This document shows, in pieces, positions 24,990 to 40,150 of a stretch of 64,000 bases of DNA. The position numbers and the translations under genes were made by a program. Source of the DNA: Flaccisagitta enflata (Eukaryota); the NCBI GenBank assembly GCA_965153355.1, contig OZ231126.1, forward strand, positions 49,600,001 through 49,664,000. Direction: 5' to 3'. Positions within the stretch are counted from its first letter, which is position 1. Each line of letters starts with the position of its first letter. A model generated the notes under the pieces. The model made no database searches, was not told where the DNA came from, and saw nothing but the letters and a program-made list of their open reading frames with translations.

Positions 24990-25655
24990 CAAAAGCGTTA
25001 GATGGTCAGCGGTACCCGTTGCCCCTATGTGAGTGTATGAGGGTGTGAGGTGGTGAGAGGGGCAGCGGCCCCGAAGGAGCCGATGACCTATGCTGTTTTT
25101 ATTTGAGCCTGGAGGCTGGAATTGGGGCATTGAAGCTGGGATTTGAGCTAAGAGGCGGGGATTTTAGCCTTGTGGCTGGGATTTGAGCCCTGAGACTGGG
25201 ATTTGAGCCTCAAGGTTGGGGTTTGAGCCTGAGGCAAGATTGTGCCTGGAGGTTGGGGTTTGAGCCTCGAGGCTGGATTTTGCCTGAGGGTAATTTGGGC
25301 CTTGAGGCTGTGATTAGGGCCTTGAGGCTGGGATTAGGCCTTGAGGCTGGGATTTGGGCCTTGAGGCTGAGATTTGGGCCTTGAGGCTGGGATTTGGGCC
25401 TTGAGGCCTTGCCTGAGGCTGGGATATTGGTCTCAAGGCTGGGATTTGGGCCTCAAGGCTGGGATTTGGGCCTGAGGCTGGGATTTGGGCCTTGAGGCTG
25501 GGATTTGGGCTTAAGGTGGGATTTGGGTCCTGAGGCTGGGATTTGGGCCTCAGGCTGGGATTTGGGCCTCAAGGCTGGAGGGGGGGGACATAAGAAGAGA
25601 AGGCGGAGGAGGAGGAGAAAATTCCCCTGTGTGAAAGCATGGGTCATCTGCCCCT
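24990..25655 (-). mobile_element. GGGCAGCGGCCCC-family element with a (GCTGGGATTTGGGCCTTGAG)n array
   Basis: ATGGTCAGCGGTACCCG tail, GGGCAGCGGCCCCGAAGG and 20-bp internal repeats. Confidence 0.65.
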
Positions 25656-25710
25656 TTCAGCCCTGTGTGAAAAAGGAAGAGTCATCGGACCAAAAGGAAA
25701 GAGAAAAAGA

Positions 25711-25814
<104 letters not shown>

Positions 25815-27198
25815 GACAGACAATAGACAGAGAAAAAAAAACAATAAAAAAATGACATCAAAAGCCCTCTCCTTCTACAAAACAAAAAATGATTAAAATG
25901 GTAGATTCAATTTGCAACAAAGCATGTTTTGTATGTTTGTTAGTTTATTGTTTTAAATCAATTGCATTCATACAATATTTATCCTGGTAGATTTATCACC
26001 CTAAATGACTTTGTTCAGTTTTTTGATGCATCCTCGCATCTCTATAAGAGGGTGTGTCCATCCATCAGTCAGTCTGTACATCGGTCCATTACCCATTTGT
26101 CAAAATCACTCAACAACCAACTATCGCACCATTTTTAGATGCCTCCTCGCATCTCTATAAGAGAATGTGTCCATCCGTTAGTCGGTCTGTCCATCAGTCC
26201 GTTACCCACTCATTATTTGTCTCAGCTATGATGCCAATATTCCAATCAAAAGATCCATTTCCATGACTGAAAATCAAAATCTGAAATCACACATTTGTGG
26301 AACCTACATGTCATTTTAGCCACTAGGTAAAGTCAAAATTTTCACTGAAACGGCTGCTACATCTACAGTTTTTTAGTCGCGGACTATCAACTCTATGAGA
26401 GGTTTTGTTCCTCTGTCTGTTGGTCCATTGGTCCATCCGTGGGTCTGTCTGTTGGTCTGTCAATGGTCATCAACAGGCATTTCCACCCCTGCCCACCTGT
26501 CCGCGACTGATATTGGCAGATGTTTCTTAAGAAAAAATTATAGTTAAAATTTTTATGCATACACTTTTGTCTTTTACATATCCCTCGCTGCAACCCAAAA
26601 TAAAGTTTATAAGATTTTGTTCTGGCCTTGGATCTCATCTCCATGCTTTTGGACCCAAATCCTGACCTAAAAGCATTGGAAAAAGGCCCTTTCCTCCCTG
26701 TTTCTCCCTGTTCCTCCCCTTTCCTCCATTTCCTCCTTTTCCATCCCACTGGTGAGAACTTTTTTTCTAAAAAATTCTTACCAGTGGGAAATATTTTTTT
26801 CCTACCAGTGGGATGAATTTTTTATCCCACTGGTAAGAATTTGATTTCATCCCACTGGTGAGAAAAAAATCCTTCCCACTGGTGAGAATTCCTCACAGTA
26901 AGGCGCATGAGATTCTTAGGCATATTGATTTGTCGCTGTAAAAAACAAAGATGGTCTGGAAGGAACTAGGGTCGGCAAGTGTTGAGGTTTGTAATATATA
27001 CTAATAGCAAAACTATTGTAGTTAACAAGTTGAAATAATGGTTCCAACAATGCGAAAGATCTCCTCCAACAAAGCTCTTTTCATGATCTTGTTGTCTCTC
27101 ATAGAGAAACACTCTCTTGTTCATATTTTGCCCTCCACGACTGGCTTCGCCACTTCTTCTTGATGTAAATGTAAATTTATACGGCAAATTTTTGTTTA

Positions 27199-27592
27199 TT
27201 TTTGGTCGCGTACACGCCGCTTTGTCCGTCCGTCCGTTGGTTGGTCGGTCAGACTTTACTTTTTTTATGATTTTTGTTCTTGGACCTTTCTGCTCTTGCC
27301 CAAATGGTCTAGTGATCTCAAATATGGTCCCTGCCCACCCGCACGCGACATGGGTAGCCGTGTATCCGGCCTTGTTTTTTTTTTTTCAAACATGCTTGGG
27401 TTTCTTTTCTTTACTCAAATGCTCTCTCTGTTTCATACTTTTTAGTCGGGTGCACGCGACTGTATACTCCACTTTGTCTGTCCGTTGGTCTCTTAGTCAC
27501 TCTTTACGTCTTTGCCCAAATGCTCTATTGTCATGAAATACGGCCCCTGCCCACCCGCACGCAACTAGGGTAGCTGTGTATCCTGCCTTGTT
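27199..27592 (+). mobile_element. Two tandem HINE-like elements
   Basis: Both end GCACGC(G/A)AC...GTAGC(C/T)GTGTATCC(G/T)GCCTTGTT. Confidence 0.7.
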
Positions 27593-27710
27593 TCCGTGCC
27601 GGTCTGACTGCCCTCGTCTGTCTGTACCTGTCTATATCACCCTTAGTCGGTTTGTTGGTCAGTCTATCTGCGTTTCTGTTTGTTCGTCTATCTTACTTAT
27701 GGACTAATGG

Positions 27711-27751
<41 letters not shown>

Positions 27752-28045
27752 TCCGCGTTGCGTATTGTTTTACATTTGAAATTCATATCACCGTTGCAAG
27801 GAAGAGGCGCTTTCTCCCTGCTTCCTTGCTCTGGAGAGTGTTGGAGAGATAGGATTATCTCAAACCCTTAGAGATTTCAACAAGGTTGGGAATTTTTTCA
27901 AACTTTTCCTCCCACTTTCCATCTATCACTGTGCTTGACTATCTCAGCGTTCTGTTTTTATGTCTGATTTTCTACTCTTTTGTGTTTTTGTAGTTCTTTT
28001 TAATTTTTCTTGTTGTCTGCCTCTGTCTCTGTTTGTCTTTGTCTA

Positions 28046-28159
<114 letters not shown>

Positions 28160-28318
28160 TTCTGTTTTCATTTCATTTTCAATTTTCTATATCATAAGGA
28201 AAAGCTGATGTTTCTGAGGATTAGAGGATGTGGTTGGTGGCATCGGGAAAGGAACGTAAGAAGATTTGAGCATCATCAAAAATTACCTTAATCATACCAA
28301 AATTACAGAAGAGAAAGA

Positions 28319-28398
<80 letters not shown>

Positions 28399-28749
28399 GA
28401 GCATAATTCAACATCGCATAAGTTTCATTGCTTATGGTATTCGCTGATTCGGCGATTTGCTGCATGGCGGGAATGCCGCAGGCTGGCCCGGGCGTAACAC
28501 TGCGGTAAACCTCTATCCCGTGGACGTTGCAACAACGCCATTTTCCGCCATGTGGCGTAGCGATGCAATTAATTGCAATATCGTGTCGGGGACGGTACGG
28601 TATGGGAATCATAGGAATCTGTATTTACTCATCTGTGGTTACAACTTCAAAAATACGCTAGACAACCTCACATTTTTAAGAAGAACATACCACTTGCCAG
28701 ACTGATGGAGACACAGACAGACAGACAAGGAGATGTAAGCAGGGGCAGG

Positions 28750-28833
<84 letters not shown>

Positions 28834-28972
28834 GAGCGAGAGCGAGAGCGAGAGAGAGAGAGAGAGCGAGAGAGAAAGAGCATTCTGCTTCTTTCCCCTC
28901 TTTTATTTCTTCTTTTTTCATCTTTGCTTCTTTTTTTCTTTTTTTTTCATCTTTTCTCTTTTTCTTTTTTCC

Positions 28973-29540
28973 TTGGGCAGCGGCCGAAGGGGAGACGATG
29001 TCCTGTAGAACACAGGGACTTTCGTACTGTCCGTTTGTCCCCCTATCGTTTTGTCTGCCTCTCTCCAGCCCTCTCAGGCCTGAAATCTGCCTTCTCAGGC
29101 CTGAAATCTGCCTTCTCAGGCCTGAAATCTGCTCTCAGGCCTGAAATCTGCCCTGTCAGCCCCAAAATCTGCCCTCTAAGACCTGAAATCTGCCCTTTCA
29201 GGCTTGAAATCTGCCCTCTCAGACCAAAAATCTGCCCTCTCAGGCCTGAAATCTGCCTTCTCAGGCCTGAAATCAGCTCTCTCAGGCCCTAAATTTACCC
29301 ATTCGGATTCAAGGCCTGAGAGGGCAGATTTCAGGCCTGAGAGGGCAGATTTTGAGCCTGAGAGGGTCTGGGGGGGATGGTCAAACGGGCAAACGGACGA
29401 ACGAACGAAAGTCCCCTGTGTTCTACAGGACATCGTCCCCTTTGGGGCCGCTGCCCTGCTTCCTCTCACTCCAATTCACAGTCATGCAGAGCAGGGCAAA
29501 GGGTATCGCTGACCATATATTGCCCTTGGGCGACCTGTTT
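28973..29540 (+). mobile_element. GGGCAGCGGCCCC-family element with a 21-bp internal array, present in only one duplicate copy
   Basis: TTGGGCAGCGGCC ... GGGGCCGCTGCCC ... GCTGACCAT, with (AGGCCTGAAATCTGCCCTCTC)n inside. Confidence 0.7.
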
Positions 29541-29665
29541 TCCTTTTTTTTCTTACTTATCTCTTTTTCTTTTCTTCTTTTTTTCTTTTCATCTTTTTTT
29601 TTTCTTTTCTTCTTTCTCTTTTCTTCCTTTTCTTTTCCTTCTCCTTCTTCCTCTTCTTCTTCTTC

Positions 29666-29997
29666 TCAATTCCGTTACCGTCACGGCCAAGCAGACCATT
29701 ATCGTTATAGGACGACCCTGCCCTTTTTCTGCAACCGGAACGAACTTCCGGTTTCACGCTCGGGCCAGGCCGCAGGGCATCCCAGTCTGAAAGGCGATTC
29801 AGGGTTCTTGTCTTATCTTCATGATCGGAATCTTTGTAGTATTTTCTCACTCCCAAGAAGTGAAGTCTTGATACACATGGTTGGTGAAAATTCCGCAGGG
29901 ATCATCTTCAGATATCTCTCGAAATTTTCAGAGACAAGGCCAAGGCTACCAATCACCACCGGGACCACAACACACTCAGAATCCCACATACGTCCAA

Positions 29998-30001
<4 letters not shown>
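29666..30001 (-). pseudogene. 3' end of an RLE-type non-LTR retrotransposon (duplicated, shorter copy)
   Basis: ELGRMWDSECVVVPVVIGSLGLVSENFERYLKMI...TSLLGSEKILQRFL. Confidence 0.75.
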
Positions 30002-30061
<60 letters not shown>

Positions 30062-30220
30062 TTCTGTTTTCATTTCATTTTCAATTTTCTATATCATAAG
30101 GAAAAGCTGATGTTTCTGAGGATTAGAGGATGTGGTTGGTGGCATCGGGAAAGGAACGTAAGAAGATTTGAGCATCATCAAAAATTACCTTAATCATACC
30201 AAAATTACAGAAGAGAAAGA

Positions 30221-30278
<58 letters not shown>

Positions 30279-30737
30279 GAGCATAATTCAACATCGCATA
30301 AGTTTCATTGCTTATGGTATTCGCTGATTCGGCGATTTGCTGTATGGCGGGAATGCCGCAGGCTGGCCCGGGCGTAACACTGCGGTAAACCTCTATCCCG
30401 TGGACGTTGCAACAACGCCATTTTCCGCCATGTGGCGTAGCGATGCAATTAATTGCAATATTGTGTCGGGGACGGTACGGTATGGGACGGGTCTTTAATA
30501 ATCATAGGAATCTGTATTTACTCATCTTTTATTTCTTCTTTTTTTCATCTTTGCTTCTTTTTTTCTTCTTTTTTTCATCTTTGCTTCTTTTTTTCTTCTT
30601 TTTTTCCTTTTTTTCCTTTTTTTTCTTACTTATCTCTTTTTCTTTTCTTCTTTTTTTCTTTTCATCTTTTTTTTTCTTTTCTTCGTTCTCTTTTCTTCCT
30701 TTTCTTTTCCTTCTCCTTCTTCCTCTTCTTCTTCTTC

Positions 30738-31170
30738 TCAATTCCGTTACCGTCACGGCCAAGCAGACCATTATCGTTATAGGACGACCCTGCCCTTTTT
30801 CTGCAACCGGAACGAACTTCCGGTTTCACGCTTGGGCCAGGCCGCAGGGCATCCCAGTCTGAAAGGCGATTCAGGGTTCTTGTCTTATCTTCGTGATCGG
30901 AATCTTTGTAGTATTTTCTCACTCCCAAGAAGTGAAGTCTGGATACACATGGTTGGTGAAAGTTCCGCAGGGATCATCTTCAGATATCTCTCGAAATTTT
31001 CAGAGACAAGGCCAAGGCTACCAATCACCACCGGGACCACAACACACTCAGAATCCCACATACTTCCAAGTTCAAGGCGTAATCCACTATACTTTGTGTG
31101 ATTTTTTCCTGCTCTTTATCCAAAACATTGATGTCCTTTGGTCAGGAAATGTCAATGGCATATGTCTTTT
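30738..31170 (-). pseudogene. 3' end of a restriction-like-endonuclease LINE (R4/Dong/Hero-like), degenerate
   Basis: KTYAIDIS*PKDINVLDKEQEKIT/KYSGLRLELGSMWDSECVVVPVVIGSLG..., with a stop and a frameshift. Matches the IDxxxPxDxN...KExEKxxKYxxL RLE motif and is followed by a 3'UTR and (GAA)n. Confidence 0.8.
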
Positions 31171-31294
31171 TAGTTGCGGACACTCAACTCTATAAGATGG
31201 TTTGTCCGTCCGTCCGTCCGTCCATCCGTCCATCCTTCGGTTCATAAAGGTGATCTAGTCAAAAAATGGAAAAATGAGCGTTTTGGATACTTTT

Positions 31295-31768
31295 TGGGCA
31301 GCGGCCCCAAAGGGCCGATGTCCTGTAGGACACAGGGGTGAATTTCCATACGTCCGTCCGTCCTTCCGTCCGTCCTTCCGTCCCCCCCCCCCGGATAACA
31401 TGGGAAATTGTCAAAATGCAAACTTCCCATTGAATAACATGGAAAATTTACAAGAAAGCAAAAAAATGCATGTATCCCATTGAATAACATGGAAGATTGA
31501 TGAAAACTAAGAAAAATGTAAAATTCCCATTGAATAAAATGGCAAATTGACAAGAAATTGGAAAAATGCAAAATTCCCATTGAATATCATGGAAAATTGC
31601 TACTAAGGCCTCAAATATGCCCTCTCAGGACATATGGAAATTCATCCCTGTGTCCTACAGGACATCGGCCCTTTGGGGCCGCTGCCCTGCTCTCACTCAA
31701 CTTCTTCAGCCAATCACTCCAAGCAGGGCATCGGGTACCGCTGACCATGTGCGATCCTTGGATGACTT
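31295..31768 (+). mobile_element. GGGCAGCGGCCCC-family element with ~52-bp internal repeats
   Basis: Subterminal IR GGGCAGCGGCCCCAAAGGGCCGATGTCCTGTAGGACACAGGG and its exact reverse complement at ~31646-31687. Confidence 0.75.
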
Positions 31769-31784
31769 TTTATGTATGTTTGTG

Positions 31785-32395
31785 TAACCTTGGGGACAAA
31801 AAAAATGGCGGATTTTTGAAACCTTTCTTTTGAACCATAACGCGATATAACGTAAGAAAAATGGATTAAAATTGGTGATGCCTGTAAAGCCCTTCGAAAG
31901 ATCTTTCATTTGAGTCGTGTCTGGTATCTGTAGCTTTATTCGTTTAGAAATGGCATAGGTTTGAAGAAAAATATGACCGATTGGAAAAAGGGCAAATATT
32001 GTCTTTTTTTTCGATAAACAATTTTTGTCTCAACGTTTTTCTTAATGATGCAATTCAGAATAGCCACAGCTACTTGATATCCATGAGCAAAGTAAAGAGC
32101 TTCGAATTTTCTTCAAAATGGCGCCAAGAACGAATTTTTTACTCAATGCGTTTAGTTTCTATGTTTCAACAAACAAAAACATGCAAATCCTATAGTGAAT
32201 TCTCAAATTCCAGACAACCTGTTTTCATCCCAATGCCATTTCTAAACGAAAAAATCTAGGACAACCAGCAACGTCTCATTTGAAAGATCTTTCGCAGAGC
32301 TTCAAAATGGTCACCGATTTTTTATAGTTTTTCTCAATTTAAGGTAGATAGAATTAGTTTTCCAAAATCCGCCATTTTTTATGTCCCCAAGGTTA
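31785..32395. mobile_element. MITE, TAACCTTGGGG family
   Basis: TAACCTTGGGGAC...AAAAAATGGCGGATTTT and its inverted copy at the right end. Relatives at 62228-63191 and (partial) ~38740-39190. Confidence 0.85.
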
Positions 32396-32844
32396 TGACG
32401 GCGAATTTTTGAAGGAAAATGAAGTGTTTCACCATACTTTTCGCATCATTATCAGGACAATAATGAAGCTGGAACGCTTTCAGTGGACAAATTGTCTTTA
32501 AAGATACTTAATGCATACAATTCTATCATATTTTGACCTAAAATGTAATTTGAACTATGCAATTCACATCAAAACAAGGCAGAAAATGATCATTTTTAGT
32601 GAATTTCTGCTTACATTTTTTTCTATTTTCTTAGGTCGAAATTCTAAGAAAGCCACACACAGGGAAATTTTGCATTTTGAAAAACATAGTTCTCTCTGTA
32701 ATCGATTTGGGTTTTTGCATTTTTTCATTCTCTATGCAAATTTAGAATTTCGACCAGCCCCTTATCAGTGACCAAAAATAAAAAAAATAGAAATTTTCAA
32801 AATTTCTTTTTAAGTATCATTGGCTAAACTTGGTCCTCTTGCTA

Positions 32845-33462
32845 CAGTACCTTCCGAGCAAACCCGGCTAAAACTGGAGGATTAATTTTTGTTAGTTTCA
32901 TTTCATTTCCCAAACTTCATTTTTTATATTTAACTTCATTAAAAGATACTTACTTCCTTGAACATATTTGGCTGTCAAAAAGAATAATATGTGAAATCAA
33001 AGTGCATGAAGACATCAATATGGAGTGCTCTAACCCAGACCATTGGATTCAGCAGAAAATTTTACCTATCCTAGACTACAAGAACAGCTCAGTCAGATAA
33101 TTATTTCAGGTTTTACAGCTATTTCAAGTTTTTAAGGACAATTGTCTCAAAATAATTTAGGACAATTGTCCTTAAAAACTTTAAATGGTTATAAAACCTG
33201 AAATAATTATCTGACTGAGCTGTTCTTGTAGTCTAGGACAGGAAAAATTGTCTGCTGAATCCAATGGTCTGGGTTAAAACACTCCATATTGATGTGTTCA
33301 TGCACTTTGATTTCACGAGTTATTTTTTTTGACAGCCAAATTTGTTCAAGGAATGAAGTATCTTTTAATTAGGTTAGATACAAAAAATGAAGTTTGGGAA
33401 ATGAAATTAAAGTAACAAAAATCAATCCTCCAGTTTTAGCCGGGTTTGCTCGGAAGGTACTG
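32845..33462. mobile_element. Almost fully palindromic Tc1/mariner-type MITE (~300-bp arms), TA TSD
   Basis: TA|CAGTACCTTCCGAGCAAACCCGGC ... GCCGGGTTTGCTCGGAAGGTACTG|TA. Confidence 0.9.
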
Positions 33463-33771
33463 TATATAAATGCAAATTTTTCTTTTGAATATTATATTAG
33501 TCCCATCTCAGTCACTTTCATTCACTTGTTTTTGCATTGTCATTTATTTATTTTTTCTATTTTGACCTTCTTTGAAACAAAAATGTTGGCTTCGGAGGGA
33601 CGCCGTCGTATGGAGTTGGATTTGGGGTGTGGATGGGGATTGAATGCCCCTGCCCACCCGTCCGCATCGATATTGTGACCCCGCGTCACTTGTTACCCTT
33701 TTTGTCACGGATGACAATGTCAGGGCGGTTGAATACATATGGCCTTAGAGAGAGAGAGAGCAAAAACGAGA

Positions 33772-34046
<275 letters not shown>

Positions 34047-34856
34047 CTCATTTTGCAACATTGAAACAAACAAGTCAACACCTTAAAGTCGCGTGAAGGA
34101 CATAGATAACTTAGGATGACTCAAATTGTCTTTTAAATGACTCAAAATGACTAAAAAAGACATAAAACGATGTTTAATGAATTACATGACTAAATTGACC
34201 AAATTGACCTAAGTGACCTAAAATGACTAAACAAGGCCGGATACACGGCCAATACCAGTTGCGGACGGGTGGGCAGGGGCGGAAATGCGCGTTTTCACAC
34301 TTTCTAACTCGATCATTACGTAAAGACGGATGGACGGACCAACGGACGGACGGACGGATGGACGGACGGACGAACGGATGGACAAAGCCGGTTGTAGAGT
34401 CACGTGCACGCGACTAAAAAAGAGCCTCGCGCCAATGGGAGGAGACCGACGCGGCAGGCCAAACTAGAATTAGGAAGGACAAATCGGTTCAGCGAAAGCG
34501 AGGCTCAGAGGGCGCTGCGAACATGGAGACCCAGATCCAGAAGTGCGTGCTGTTTAACGGGGGCAATTACGTTTTGCCGAATTTCGGACTTGAGCAAGTA
34601 GTTTTGTCGGAGGAGGTATCTAAAGTACGAATTTCGTACTAGAGTTAACAGCTCAAACACTCAAGGCCGAATCGGCCTTGAGTTAATTGGAAGCTCACTG
34701 CCCTCATTTCATGATTCGGCCTGAAGTGGAATGGAAAAAAAGGTTCCTCATTGGCGATCGGCCTTGAGTGGATTGGGAAAAAGAGTATGAAGGCAAAAAT
34801 AGGAAGGAAAAAAACCTTTTTGCCTTGTTTTCATTCTCATTTTCAATTTCTTTCTT

Positions 34857-34923
<67 letters not shown>

Positions 34924-34993
34924 GTAAGCCCCCATCCGTCTAAACCTCGCCCACGATGGTGTGTTTAGGACAAAGGCCTGATTGTGTGTGTGG

Positions 34994-35088
<95 letters not shown>

Positions 35089-35210
35089 TGTGTTTGTTTG
35101 TATAATAATACGTGGATGTGTGTTTCATAATAAGATGAGATATGAGTGCATTCCGACCGAGACACTGAATCGTGTTGCTGATTGAGCTTCAGTATTCCGT
35201 CAAAGAAGGA

Positions 35211-35508
35211 AACAAGCCCGACCGGGCAACGATGCGTCCGGGCCGTGTCTCTGCGTGTATTGACAGATTGATAAACAGACGGGAAACAACTAAGTAGTAA
35301 AGGAGGCTCCAAAAACATGTTGGTTGATCATTTGTTTCAGTATAGGATCTCACCATGGCCAAAAATAGTCAAGAAACGCGGTTTTTGCACTTACGCAACG
35401 GACATAGGGACGGATGGACGGACGGACGGGCAGACGAATGGACAGACGGACGGACGGACGGACGGACCAACCCATTTTTAGAGATGTGTTCCTGACGGAC
35501 GCATCTAA
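35211..35508 (-). mobile_element. HINE-like element (AACAAGCCCGACCGGGC end; relative starting at 59981)
   Basis: Terminal hairpin GCCCG-AC-CGGGC, GATGCGTCC subterminal IR, GGAC repeats and GACGCATCTAA end. Confidence 0.65.
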
Positions 35509-35663
35509 AAAGAACAAAATAAAGAAACAAACAAACAAACAAGCGAAGGGAGAAACAAAGGAAGACAGAAAAAATAATGGAATGATGGAAGAAAATAAGA
35601 AAACAAGAGAGAAAGAAAGATAGATATGGAGAGGGAGGAAAGAAAGAAAAATAAGCACTAATA

Positions 35664-36430
35664 CAGGGTGTACCAACTCAGTTGTAACATAAAGAATCGA
35701 TGTATCTCTACCTTTAAAAAAGATAATCTAATTCTGAAAAAAGTTCTAAAGAGCTTTTGAAAAACGATTTTTGCTCAATAAGAGGAAAATGATCGGAAGG
35801 TATTATCAGTCATGGAAAAATGGCTTGGAAGTACATGCCTTTTTGCAACCATTTTGCCATTTTTCATTGATCTCCTATGACAACTACTCATTGTTTAGCT
35901 ATTATCTGTAAATGATTTAACAAAACATAAAGAGTTGGACTCAAATTAAAGGTATCCTGCATAGTGAAAGAGATTTGATAGAAAAATTCACATTTTTTTG
36001 AAAAAATAGCATGATATTTGCTAAATTCATGCCTTTGAAAATCAAGTTGTTTTTTTTTAAATGTGGTTTTGAAGAAAGAAAAAAAAATCTTCAATATTTT
36101 GAGGATGTTTTTTAATGGGGCCAAAAACTACTGCAAAAATTCTTTAATTTGGGACCAATCTCAGGTCTCTAGCTCAATCCGTTTAGAAATGAGAGCTTCT
36201 TAAAGAAAAAGTGTCTATGAGCAATGTCAGCCAAAATTGCAAATTGAGAAATAGCTGCATTATTTCAGGTTGTGAATGTGTAAAATTCTTTTCTGGACGG
36301 AAAAATTTTATTAGCATGAGCAAAAATCGTTTTTTAAGAGCTCTTTGGAACTTTTTTCAGAATGGGATTATCTTCTTTAGAAGCAGAGATACATCGATTC
36401 TTTATGTTACAACTGAGTTGGTACACTCTG
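35664..36430. mobile_element. Tc1/mariner-type MITE, TA TSD
   Basis: TA|CAGGGTGTACCAACTCAGTTGTAAC ... GTTACAACTGAGTTGGTACACTCTG|TA. Confidence 0.9.
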
Positions 36431-37239
36431 TAAGAAATTCTAAATGGTCAGTGGTACTCATTGCCTTCAACTTGGAATATGTCAGAATATGGAAGGGAGA
36501 GGGACAATGCACTATGAAAGGAGAGAGTATCTTATGTTGGCAAAAAAAAAAAAACGAATTGTATTTCTTCTGAGCGTTCAGAGATGTCACTGATTGTTTC
36601 TACAGGAACTTGCAATAATTTATAAAAAGGCATCCAAAATTTAGCCCCCTCCTCATCTTTATTACTCCTTTCAACTCTTCACCTTCTCTTCTTCTCTTCA
36701 TGATTGAGAACTACATTCATTGTAAACCACACTCTGCTATTCACTTAAATTTTGCTCTTTCTGAATTTTTCTTATATTCAGATTTTTTTTTGCATTGTTC
36801 AACTACTTGATGAAAATAATTTTCCTTATCATGCTTATTTCTTCTATTACATGCTCTTTCTTCAACAGTTCTCTCCTTATAGTAATGCAGAGTTTATTTA
36901 ATTTTATTATAATCATTTTTTTAGTATAGAGTTTTATATCATTAAAGTAAGTGTTAAAAAGATTATTTTCATTTCTAATTTGTTTCTTTCAAAAACTTAT
37001 TTATCTATCATTGCTTTTCAATGATTAAGATACTTAACTCATATGTATTATTTCATAAAAATCTTTTATCAATTCAGTATAAATTTTAGTCTAATGATAT
37101 TCTTTTTTATCTAATGGTAATATGCAATCTTTCTTCATTGATTTTTTCTTCAAAAGAATTCAATGAATTTTTCATAGAATATTTTTTGCCAAAATATTTT
37201 ATATGTTAAGAAAGATTTTATCAGAATTTATTGAAATAC

Positions 37240-37600
37240 AATAAAAAAAAAAAAAAAATTAGCGAAAAAAAAAAGGATTTGATAAAAAGAAATTTTATGA
37301 AAAAGATTTAGCAAAAAAAATTAGCCATAAAAAATTTAGCAATAAAAAATTTAGCGAAAAAAAATTCATCAAAAAAAAAAATAAGCAAAAAAAAAGTTAA
37401 GCAAAAAAAAATTTAATGGAAAAAAATTTAGCGAAAAAATTTAGTGAAAAAAAATTCAGCAAAAAAAATTTAGTGAAAAAAATTTATTAAAAAAATTTAG
37501 TGAAAAAAAAATTCACAAAAAAAAATTTAACGAAAAAAATTTTAAAGAGAAAAAATTAAGTGAAAAAAATCTTAGTGGAAAAAATCTAAAGAAAAAAATT
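37240..37600. repeat. A-rich degenerate repeat (AAAAAAATTTAGCG-like)
   Basis: Directly visible. Confidence 0.8.
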
Positions 37601-37780
37601 ATCATCACTAGGTTCCTCTCTTGAAATTGAAATTGAAAGGTAATGATTTTTGATTTTACTATATTTAATGAAATTGTATCTTTTAAATGATCGCTAAATT
37701 CTAAAACCCCCCTATGCTAAAGTAACAGAAGAACACAATTCTTAGCATGCTCTAGCCTGAGTATAAGAATGATAAGAGGA

Positions 37781-37977
37781 AACAAGGCCGAATACACGGC
37801 TACCAAAGTCGCGTGCGGGTGGGCAGGGGCCATATTTGAGGTCACCAGACCATTTGGGCAGGAGCAGTGAGGTCAAAGAAATGAAATCATAAGAAAAAAG
37901 TAAAGTGTGACCGACCGACCAACCAACCGACTGACCGACGGACAAAGCGGCTTGTAGAGTCGCGTGCACGCGACTAG
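37781..37977 (-). mobile_element. HINE-like element, well preserved
   Basis: AACAAGGCCGAATACACGGC hairpin, AGTCGCGTGC subterminal IR, GACC repeats and AGTCGCGTGCACGCGACTA end. Confidence 0.8.
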
Positions 37978-39475
37978 AAATGTATTGATATAATGAATTT
38001 TAATTTTTTCATTATGATTTTTTAAAAATCAATTGATATTAGAATACTGATGATGATGATGATAATGATGATGCTGATGATGAGTCAAATATTAATTCAA
38101 TCTCTATCTTAAGTTAAAAAATATTTGATATTCAATATGCTTTGCATTCAATATTGCTTAAAGTTTGGATTTCTTTACTGAAATTATTTTGATTAACCTT
38201 GACTTAATATAATACTTTTAAAACTTGACTTAATGCTTTTAAAAGATTTTTGTGTTGTTACCATCAAAATCATTACTGTGTTATATTCCTGATATTATAC
38301 ATTTCAAAATATTTATGATTTTATAAGAGATCATCACTCTGATCTATGATGATTAAACATGAAAAAATCGCAGTTCACATATTATGGCAAACGCCACTGG
38401 TTTACCGAAACTCGCGATACAAGAATCGATGACGATTCCTGTTTTGACTCAACCCGATCGGCGCTCGCCATCAGCAGAAATGGATCGCTGAGTTGCAATG
38501 AGATTTCCATGTTATGTATGTGGATTTACAAGAAGGCTGGCCAAAACTGGACCATAAAACTTTATATCAAGGTTTCTTTTTCAATTCTCCGCACAGTGAT
38601 GTAAAAAATTCCGTGGCAAAAGGCAGCAATGAAATTTTTTTTCTCTCCCATAGGGATGTACACAAGTTTTGCACATTGAGACCATATTATCTATGCTAGA
38701 TGTGCTCATAGCGGGTTGAAACTTGACGATGATATCAAGAACATAAAAAATGGCGGATTTTGTAAAACAAATTCTATCTACCTTGAATTGAGAAAAACTA
38801 TAAAAAAATCGGTGACCATTTTGAATCTGCGAGAGAATTTTCAAATGAGACGTTGCTGGTTGTCCTAGCTTTATCCGTCTAGAAATGGCATTGGAATGAA
38901 CACCAGTTGTCAGGAATTTGCGAATTCACTTTAGGATTTGCGACTATTTTGTTTGTTGTAACATAGAAACCAAACGCATTGAGTAAAAAATTCGTTCTTG
39001 GCGCCATTTTGAAGAAGATTCAAAGCTCTTTAATTTGCTCATGGATATCAGGTGGCTTAGACAATTCTATATTGCATTTTTAAGAAAAACGTTGAGACAA
39101 AAATTGCTAGTAGAAAAAAAGACAATATTTGCCGTTTTTGGAATCGGTGATATTCTTCTTCAAATCTATGCCATTTCTAAAAAAAATAAAGCTTGGGGCT
39201 TCCTGGGCGTGAGGCTGAGATTTGAGCCTCAACATTGAGACTGGGATTTGGGTTTTGAGGCTGGGTTGGACCTCGAGGCGGTGATTTAGTTCTCATAACG
39301 GTGATTTGAGCATCGTGGCTGGAATTTGACTGGAGGAAAAATAATCTAGTCATCCAAGGATCGCAAATGGTCAGCGGTACTCGATGCCCTGCTTGGAGTG
39401 ATTTCTATAAGTCCTGACTCAGGACTCCTGAGAAGGCACATTTGAGACCGTTGGGGCTATTTTCCATGTTTTTCA

Positions 39476-40150
<675 letters not shown>

